A DNA stretch of 64,000 bases from Haliotis rufescens (taxonomy: Eukaryota), in contig NW_025963791.1 in assembly GCF_023055435.1 (NCBI RefSeq), forward strand, positions 496,001-560,000, read 5' to 3'. The translations under genes were made by a program, and so were the position numbers. Of this stretch, positions 54,814 to 64,000 are shown piece by piece. Position 1 is the stretch's first letter, and every line of letters begins with the position of its first letter. The notes under the pieces were generated by a model, which saw only the letters and a program-made list of their open reading frames with translations, searched no databases and was not told the DNA's origin.

Positions 54814-57800
54814 GTCTGGAGACAGTGCTAATTATAGTTATAGGGTTCAACACGGCTGTCTGGAGACAGTCACAACTACAGTTGTTATAGGGCTGAACAT
54901 GGCTGTCTGGAGACAGTGACAACTACAGTTGTTATAGGGCTGAACACGGCTGTCTGGAGACAGTCACAACTACAGTTGTTATGGGGCTGAACATGGCTGT
55001 TTGGAGACAGTCACAACCACAGTTGTTATAGGGCTGAACATGACTGTCTGGAGACAGTCACAACTACAGTTGTTATAGGGCTGAACACGGCTGTCTGTAG
55101 ACAGTCACAACTACAGTTGTTATAGGGCTGAACGCGGCTGTCTGGAGACAGTCACAACTACAGTTGTTATGGGGCTGAACATGACTGTCTGGAGACAGTC
55201 ACAACTACAGTTGTTATAGGGCTGAACATGGCTGTCTGGAGACAGTCACAACTACAGTTGTTATAGGGCTGAACACGGCTGTCTGTAGACAGTCACAACT
55301 ACAGTTGTTATAGGGCTGAACGCGGCTGTCTGGAGACAGTCACAACTACAGTTGTTATGGGGCTGAACATGACTGTCTGGAGACAGTCACAACCACAGTT
55401 GTTATAGGGCTGAACACGACTGTCTGGAGACAGTCACAACTACAGTTGTTATAGGGCTGAACATGGCTGTCTGTAGACAGTCACAACTACAGTTGTTATA
55501 GGGCTGAACACGGGTGTCTGGAGACAGTCACAACTACAGTTGTTATAGGGCTGAACATGACTGTCTGTAGACAGTCACAACTACAGTTGTTATAGGGCTG
55601 AACACGGCTGTCTGGATACAGTGCTAATTATAGTTATAGGGGTCAACACAGCTGTCTGTAGACAGTCACAACTACAGTTGTTATAGGGCTGAACATGGCT
55701 GTCTGGAGACAGTCACAACTACAGTTGTTATAGGGCTGAACATGGCTGTCTGGAGACAGTCACAACTACAGTTGTTATAGGGCTGAACACGGCTGTCTGG
55801 AGACAGTCACAACTACAGTTGTTATAGGGCTGAACACGGCTGTCTGGAGACAGTCACAACTACAGTTGTTATAGGGCTGAACATGGCTGTCTGTAGACAG
55901 TCACAACTACAGTTGTTATAGGGCTGAACATGGCTGTCTGTAGACAGTCACAACTACAGTTGTTATAGGGCTGAACACGGCTGTCTGGAGACAGTCACAA
56001 CTACAGTTGTTATGGGGCTGAACACGGGTGTCTGGAGACAGTCACAACTACAGTTGTTATGGGGCTGAACATGGCTGTCTGGAGACAGTGACAACTACAG
56101 TTGTTATAGGGCTGAACACGGCTGTCTGGAGACAGTCACAACTACAGTTGTTATAGGGCTGAACATGGCTGTCTGTAGACAGTCACAACTACAGTTGTTA
56201 TAGGGCTGAACACGGGTGTCTGGAGACAGTCACAACTACAGTTGTTATAGGGCTGAACATGGCTGTCTGTAGACAGTCACAACTACAGTTGTTATAGGGC
56301 TGAACACGGCTGTCTGGATACAGTGCTAATTATAGTTATAGGGGTCAACACAGCTGTCTGTAGACAGTCACAACTACAGTTGTTATAGGGCTGAACATGG
56401 CTGTCTGGAGACAGTCACAACTACAGTTGTTATAGGGCTGAACATGGCTGTCTGGAGACAGTCACAACTACAGTTGTTATAGGGCTGAACACGGCTGTCT
56501 GGAGACAGTCACAACTACAGTTGTTATAGGGCTGAACATGGCTGTCTGTAGACAGTCACAACTACAGTTGTTATAGGGCTGAACACGGCTGTCTGGAGAC
56601 AGTCACAACTACAGTTGTTATGGGGCTGAACACGGGTGTCTGGAGACAGTCACAACTACAGTTGTTATGGGGCTGAACATGGCTGTCTGGAGACAGTGAC
56701 AACTACAGTTGTTATAGGGCTGAACACGGCTGTCTGTAGACAGTCACAACTACAGTTGTTATAGGGCTGAACGCGGCTGTCTGGAGACAGTCACAACTAC
56801 AGTTGTTATGGGGCTGAACATGACTGTCTGGAGACAGTCACAACTACAGTTGTTATAGGGCTGAACACGACTGTCTGGAGACAGTCACAACTACAGTTGT
56901 TATAGGGCTGAACATGGCTGTCTGTAGACAGTCACAACTACAGTTGTTATAGGGCTGAACACGGGTGTCTGGAGACAGTCACAACTACAGTTGTTATAGG
57001 GCTGAACATGGCTGTCTGGAGACAGTCACAACTACAGTTGTTATAGGGCTGAACACGGCTGTCTGGATACAGTGCTAATTATAGTTATAGGGGTCAACAC
57101 AGCTGTCTGTAGACAGTCACAACTACAGTTGTTATAGTGCTGAACACGGCTGTCTGGAGACAGTCACAACTACAGTTGTTATGGGACTGAACATGACTGT
57201 CTGGAGACAGTCACAACTACAGTTGTTATAGGGCTGAACATGGCTGTCTGGAGACAGTCACAACTACAGTTGTTATAGGGCTGAACACGGCTGTCTGGAG
57301 ACAGTCACAACTACAGTTGTTATAGGGCTGAACATGGCTGTCTGTAGACAGTCACAACTACAGTTGTTATAGGGCTGAACACGGCTGTCTGGAGACAGTC
57401 ACAACTACAGTTGTTATGGGGCTGAACACGGGTGTCTGGAGACAGTGACAACTACAGTTGTTATAGGGCTGAACACGGCTGTCTGGATACAGTGCTAATT
57501 ATAGTTATAGGGGTCAACACAGCTGTCTGTAGACAGTCACAACTACAGTTGTTATAAGGCTGAACATGGCTGTCTGGAGACAGTCACAACTACAGTTGTT
57601 ATAGGGCTGAACACGGCTGTCTGGAGACAGTCACAACTACAGTTGTTATAGGGCTGAACATGGCTGTCTGGATACAGTGCTAATTATAGTTATAGGGGTC
57701 AACACAGCTGTCTGTAGACAGTCACAACTACAGTTGTTATAGGGCTGAACATGGCTGTCTGGAGACAGTCACAACTACAGTTGTTATAGGGCTGAACACG

Positions 57801-60095
57801 GCTGTCTGGATACAGTGCTAATTATAGTTATAGGGGTCAACACAGCTGTCTGTAGACAGTCACAACTACAGTTGTTATAGGGCTGAACACGGCTGTCTGG
57901 AGACAGTCACAACTACAGTTGTTATGGGGCTGAACACGGCTGTCTGGAGACAGTCACAACTACAGTTGTTATAGGGCTGAACATGGCTGTCTGTAGACAG
58001 TCACAACTACAGTTGTTATAGGGCTGAACATGGCTGTCTGGAGACAGTCACAACTACAGTTGTTATAGGGCTGAACATGACTGTCTGTAGACAGTCACAA
58101 CTACAGTTGTTATAGGGCTGAACATGGCTGTCTGGAGACAGTCACAACTACAGTTGTTATAGGGCTGAACACGGCTGTCTGGAGACAGTCACAACTACAG
58201 TTGTTATAGGGCTGAACATGGCTTTCTGGAGACAGTCACAACTACAGTTGTTATGGGGCTGAACATGACTGTCTGTAGACAGTCACAACTACAGTTGTTA
58301 TAGGGCTGAACATGGCTGTCTGGAGACAGTCACAACTACAGTTGTTATAGGGCTGAACACGGCTGTCTGGAGACAGTCACAACTACAGTTATTATGGGGC
58401 TGAACATGACTGTCTGTAGACAGTCACAACTACAGTTGTTATAGGGCTGAACATGGCTGTCTGGAGACAGTCACAACTACAGTTGTTATAGGGCTGAACA
58501 CGGCTGTCTGGAGACAGTCACAACTACAGTTGTTATAGGGCTGAACATGGCTGTCTGGAGACAGTCACAACTACAGTTGTTATAGGGCTGAACACGGCTG
58601 TTTGGATACAGTGCTAATTATAGTTATAGGGGTCAACACAGCTGTCTGTAGACAGTCACAACTACAGTTGTTATGGGGCTGAACACGGCTGTCTGGATAC
58701 AGTGCTAATTATAGTTATAGGGGTCAACACAGCTGTCTGTAGACAGTCACAACTACAGTTGTTATGGGGCTGAACATGACTGTCTGTAGACAGTCACAAC
58801 TACAGTTGTTATAGGGCTGAACATGGCTGTCTGGAGACAGTCACAACTACAGTTGTTATAGGGCTGAACATGGCTGTCTGGAGACAGTCACAACTACAGT
58901 TGTTATAGGGCTGAACACGGCTGTCTGGATACAGTGCTAATTATAGTTATAGGGGTCAACACAGCTGTCTGTAGACAGTCACAACTACAGTTGTTATAGG
59001 GCTGAACACGGCTGTCTGGAGACAGTCACAACTACCGTTGTTATGGGGCTGAACACGGCTTTCTGGAGACAGTCACAACTACAGTTGTTATAGGGCTGAA
59101 CATGGCTGTCTGTAGACAGTCACAACTACAGTTGTTATAGGGCTGAACATGGCTGTCTGTAGACAGTCACAACTACAGTTGTTATAGGGCTGAACATGGC
59201 TGTCTGGAGACAGTCACAACTACAGTTGTTACAGGGCTGAACATGACTGTCTGGAGACAGTCACAACTACAGTTGTTATAGGGCTGAACACGGCTGTCTG
59301 GATACAGTGCTAATTATAGTTATAGGGGTCAACACAGCTGTCTGTAGACAGTCACAACTACAGTTGTTATAGGGCTGAACACGGCTGTCTGGAGACAGTC
59401 ACAACTACAGTTGTTATAGGGCTGAACACGGCTGTCTGGATACAGTGCTAATTATAGTTATAGGGGTCAACACAGCTGTCTGTAGACAGTCACAACTACA
59501 GTTGTTATAGGGCTGAACACGGCTGTCTGGAGACAGTCACAACTACAGTTGTTATGGGGCTGAACACGGCTTTCTGGAGACAGTCACAACTACAGTTGTT
59601 ATAGGGCTGAACATGGCTGTCTGTAGACAGTCACAACTACAGTTGTTATAGGGCTGAACATGGCTGTCTGTAGACAGTCACAACTACAGTTGTTATAGGG
59701 CTGAACATGGCTGTCTGGAGACAGTCACAACTACAGTTGTTACAGGGCTGAACATGACTGTCTGGAGACAGTCACAACTACAGTTGTTATAGGGCTGAAC
59801 ACGGCTGTCTGGATACAGTGCTAATTATAGTTATAGGGGTCAACAGAGCTGTCTGTAGACAGTCACAACTACAGTTGTTATAGGGCTGAACACGGCTGTC
59901 TGGAGACAGTCACAACTACAGTTGTTATAGGGCTGAACACGGCTGTCTGGAGACAGTCACAACTACAGTTGTTATAGGGCTGAACACGGCTTTCTGGAGA
60001 CAGTCACAACTACAGTTGTTATGGGGCCGGACATGACTGTCTGGAGACAGTCACAACTACAGTTCTTATAGGGCTGAACATTGCTTTCTGGAGGC
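54814..60095. repeat. Minisatellite, 47-bp unit (GGCTGTCTGGAGACAGTCACAACTACAGTTGTTATAGGGCTGAACAY) with an interspersed 44-bp variant, about 112 copies
   Basis: 47-bp periodicity filling most of ChAT intron 6. Confidence 0.98.
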
Positions 60096-60457
60096 TGTCG
60101 GTCACGTGTGGTCCCGACTGCATATATGTACACAATATAAGGGTTTCCCCCGCTCTTACGAAACTGGGGGTGATTTGAGGTGTGTCTCAAATAGCGTTGA
60201 ATAGTTCAAACTATTGATGCATTGCATCTCTCCCTGTGACACTAAGTCGATAAAAAATCAAACTATCAATAGTGCTAGACAATAGATATATATGTGTAAT
60301 ACAATGTGAAACAATACTGATAGTCAACGTCTTTGTTCTCATGTAAAACCCACCTTGCTAGTTGACAGCCTTATATATTGAACCCACTCAACAGTTATGT
60401 TCACGGAAACATGGATATTATCATTCAATACATCATGACATGTTTCATCTTTTTAAG

Positions 60458-60642
60458 ACCCGATCAACCGAGACTCTCTCGACGCTATAGAAAATTCCAT
60501 CTTGATCCTCTGCCTTGACAAGCCGACATGCCCATCCCCCGACACCCTAAAGATCGACACGACCTGCCTCGCCCTGCACATGCTGCACGGGCAGGGCTCA
60601 TGGGCCAACACTGCCAATCGGTGGTTCGACAAAACTATGCAG
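60458..60642 (+). CDS. ChAT: ChAT coding exon 7 (DPINRDSLDAIENSILILCLD...MLHGQGSWANTANRWFDKTMQ)
   Basis: Acceptor tttttaag| and donor CAG|GTGAGA; 185 nt, phase 1/0. Contains the NRDSLD, xCLD, LHG and NRWFDK motifs. Confidence 0.95.
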
Positions 60643-60694
60643 GTGAGAAATAAACAAATAAAACAATACATATGTAGCGTTCGTGAGACGAAGT

Positions 60695-60820
60695 TGTAAG
60701 TTATGGAGTCTAGACCCGACAAACACGTGCCAGAAAACAATTAACCACGAACCACACCAGGGTAAAATCACAGTCCATCCAGCCAAGTCACTGAGTCTGA
60801 CCACCCGATCCTCTTTGTCA
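60695..60820 (-). mobile_element. Decayed copy of the retroposon lacking a tRNA head
   Basis: GAGTCTAGACCCGACAAAC...CCAAGTCACTGAGTCTGACCACCCGATCC is the reverse complement of the 44900-45010 body. A similar decayed copy lies at about 22925-23035. Confidence 0.55.
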
Positions 60821-60953
60821 AATCTAACATAGGACCAATTCACTGTTAGAGGGGAGTGTTTTATACGGATATGTGACAACGTGATCAACAGGTCAAAGTA
60901 AGTGGATGTTCTGTCTAATTGTGAAACAAATGGCATCCGCGTTCTGTTTCTAG

Positions 60954-61054
60954 TTTATAGTGTCCGAGGATGGTGTGTCCGGCTTGAACTATGAACATTC
61001 AGTGGCAGAGGGTATTGCTGTTGGCCAGCTCGTGGAGCATTCCTTAAAGTATAT
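60954..61054 (+). CDS. ChAT: ChAT coding exon 8, catalytic histidine (FIVSEDGVSGLNYEHSVAEGIAVGQLVEHSLKY)
   Basis: Acceptor tttctag| and donor AT|GTAAGT; 101 nt, phase 0/2. The EHSxxEGIAVxQL active-site motif is typical of protostome ChAT. Confidence 0.95.
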
Positions 61055-61473
61055 GTAAGTACATGTCCTTACCGTTTTACAGGTGAACAGTGTGTGGTGG
61101 AGTTAACAACACATCTGTCAATCATGTGGGTACAAACAAAAATGTACCTGTGGCGTAAATTCTATTTGATTTCACCATATGACCATGCCAAGTGCCCACT
61201 ATTTCACTTAATGGCCTCGAATCAAACCTTCAAATGAATAGAAGCCATACCAAGTTTGCCTCTAGAAATTTCAGTCTTTTGCCAGTTGGAGACGTGCATC
61301 CTTGATTGATCTGCTAACTCTGAGTTGGTATTCTGTAATCTTCAGATTTCTATATTTTTTTTATTTAAATACAGTTTCTAATGTATGCTTTCATCACATA
61401 CGTTTCCTAGTTTATATATTTGCTTTCTAACATCTCAACCATACATGTCAGTTCTCGTCCCGTTTCTTCGCAG

Positions 61474-61608
61474 AGAGGATGCCAAACTGAGACAAAGATC
61501 TTTCTCTCAAAGTTCTATACGTAATGCATTAGTACCAAGAAAACTATCCTGGACAATTACATCAGAGACGGTTAAAGACATCGAAAAGGCAAATGAGTAT
61601 ATAGACGG
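61474..61608 (+). CDS. ChAT: ChAT coding exon 9 (EDAKLRQRSFSQSSIRNALVPRKLSWTITSETVKDIEKANEYID); gene continues beyond window
   Basis: Acceptor ttcttcgcag| and donor GG|GTGAGT; 135 nt, phase 2/2. Contains the PRxLxW motif of ChAT. Confidence 0.9.
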
Positions 61609-61664
61609 GTGAGTAGCACATTTCTCACAGTCTATGAAGATATCGATGTCTGCACAAAGCATTC

Positions 61665-62833
61665 AGTTACCTGTGTGAGATATTGTCTCTATATAATAAG
61701 TGCCCTAAATGAGATATTGTCTCTATATAATCAGTGCCCTGTGTGAGATAATGTCTCTATATAATCAGTGCCCTGAATGAGATATTGTCTCTATATAATC
61801 AGTGCCCTGAATGAGATATTGTCTCTATATAATCAGTGCCCTGTATGAGATATTGTCTCTATATAATCAGTGCCCTGTGTGAGATATTGTCTCTATATAA
61901 GCAGAGCCCTGTGTGAGATATTGTCTCTATATAATCAGTGCCCTAAATGAGATATTGTCTCTATATAATTAGTGCCCTGTATGAGATTTTGTCTCTATGT
62001 AATCAGTGCCCTGTGTGAGATATTGTCTCTATATAATCAGTGCCCTGTATGAGATATTGTCTCTATATAATCAGTGCCCTGTATGAGATATTGTCTCTAT
62101 ATAATCAGTGCCCTGAATGAGATATTGTCTCTATATAATCAGTGCCCTGTGTGAGATATTGTCTCTATATAATCAGTGCCCTGTATGAGAGATTGTCTCT
62201 ATATAATCAGTGCATTGTATGAGATATTGTCTCTATATAATCAGTGCAATGTATGAGATATTGTCTCTATATAATCAGTGCCCTGTGTAAGATATTGTCT
62301 CTTTATAATCAGTGTCTTGTGTGAGACATTGTCTCTATATAATCAGTGCCCTGTGTGAGATATTGTCTCTATATAATCAGTGCCCTGTGTGAGACATTGT
62401 CTCTGTATAATCAGTGCCCTGTGTGAGACATTGTCTCTGTATAATCAGTGCCCTGTATGAGATATTGTCTCTATATAATCAGTGCCCTGTGTGAGATTAT
62501 TGCCTCTATATAATCAGTGCCCTATGTGAGTCATTGTCTCTATATAATCAGTGTCCTGTATGAGAAATTGTCTCTATTTAATCAGTGCCTTGTGTGAGAC
62601 ATTGTCTCTATATAATCAGTGCCCTTTGTGAGATATTGTCTCTATATAATTAGTGCCCTGTGTGAGACATTGTCTCTATATAATCAGTGCCCTGTGTGAG
62701 ACATTGTCTCTATATAATCAGTGTCCTGTGTGAGATATTGTCTCTATATACTCAGTTACCTGTATGAGATATTGTCCCTATATAATCAGTGCCCCGTGTG
62801 AGATATTGTCTCTATATAATCAGTGCCCTGTGT
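61665..62833. repeat. Minisatellite, 34-bp unit (GAGATATTGTCTCTATATAATCAGTGCCCTGTGT), about 34 copies
   Basis: GAGATA recurs at 61745, 61779, 61813 and onward. Confidence 0.97.
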
Positions 62834-64000
62834 GCAAGTTGAAATACACATGAAGAATATCATGAAACATGCTAGAACGATATGCAGTTTTCGTCAAGTT
62901 ACTTGGTTGTGATAGGAAGTAAACGAAAATATATCTACAGCATAAGTATCAAATAGTAATACAGTAAATGTAAATAGTACACGGGGGATACTTCTGACGC
63001 GTCCTGTATTTGGTAAAAAAACAGGGAAAACATTTGGTTCACTGCAGCATGATGTAAGGAGTGATGAGGATGTTCCCTTAAAGTCATTAATCTAGTAAAG
63101 TCTGCCAGAAGATCACTCTACACTATTTATAGTACACATCACATAGTCCTCTGTCAATTCAGTCGATGAAGCAACTGCGCATATTTGTACAAGGTATTTA
63201 GCATGCCTCTCAGTTTGTCTCAATCGTGTTCCCCGGGCAGCTGGACATGATATATTTTCTGCCGGTGTTAATCAAGCATCCCTGTCCTTTAAGACCTTTT
63301 TCACTGATAGGTGATTTACAGTTACCGTGCCAAGTCAAACGAGTGTTCTTCTGAATAAATGACATCCCTCCTCCTTAACTAGGGCCCTTGGGGGCCCCAC
63401 GGATGGAAGGTATAACTTTATTAGGGCGCTAATGGGCAGAATGCATTTAACGATGTAAATCGTCTCGGGATTAATGATAGGCACATGGTCCGTTCTCATA
63501 GTTCGTTTCACTATCGATCTCTGGCTGGAGAGGTGTAAACAGTCTAATCACACCCCTGTGACGTCATTCTCAGCCTCGTTTGCGTTTGTCTGGAACTTTA
63601 ATGGAAACTGTCTGGTCTCGCGGACTTGGAGTTCGACCGCATGTTTCTCACTCTTTACGGTGCTGATGGCTGATGGCTAATGCCAGTTTATGATTCATTC
63701 TATAGTTAATCCGGCAAACCTTACTTTTTTCGGCTGAATGGCATTTTGGAGAAAATTAAAAGATTGGTGTTTAATGTGGTATGCTTGTTGTGGAATTTGG
63801 TTCGATTTGTCAATTTGAATTAAAAAATTATGAATACGCCAGATTTCTGACCGGACGACAGAGTCACGGAATGGAAATGTTAAGAGTGTTTTATATCATC
63901 TCTAAATTTGGAAATGTCAAGTCAAACTTAGTTCATGAAATATTTGCCAACGAATGACAAATCAAACTGTAAAAGACTCAATCACATTTTCTCCGAAACG

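Noticed and set aside
54814-60095. Palindromic repeat array resembling CRISPR
   Set aside because: Head-to-tail units with no unique spacers, no cas genes, and located in a eukaryotic intron.

Overview
This is eukaryotic (animal) genomic DNA: AT-rich, repeat-dense and containing assembly gaps. The repeat families resemble those of marine molluscs, possibly an abalone-like gastropod; that assignment is my inference and was not checked. The only well-supported protein-coding gene is a + strand, multi-exon choline O-acetyltransferase (ChAT). Nine GT-AG exons between 32013 and 61608 splice in frame into about 410 aa and include the catalytic EH motif; the 3' exons lie beyond the window. The rest of the window holds large minisatellite arrays (47, 37, 57, 38, 47 and 34 bp units, four of them inside ChAT introns), several SINE-like retroposons that share a 3' tail, Penelope-like RT fragments, Helentron/HINE-like fragments, a 152-bp palindrome and microsatellites. 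The most interesting observations are three: a retroposon lacking a tRNA head whose 5' end folds into a pseudoknot (candidate ribozyme); a 3.6-kb inverted block inside the 57-bp array with identical 15-bp junctions; and no recognisable VAChT nested in the ChAT locus. Almost all ORFs in the supplied track are repeat artefacts.
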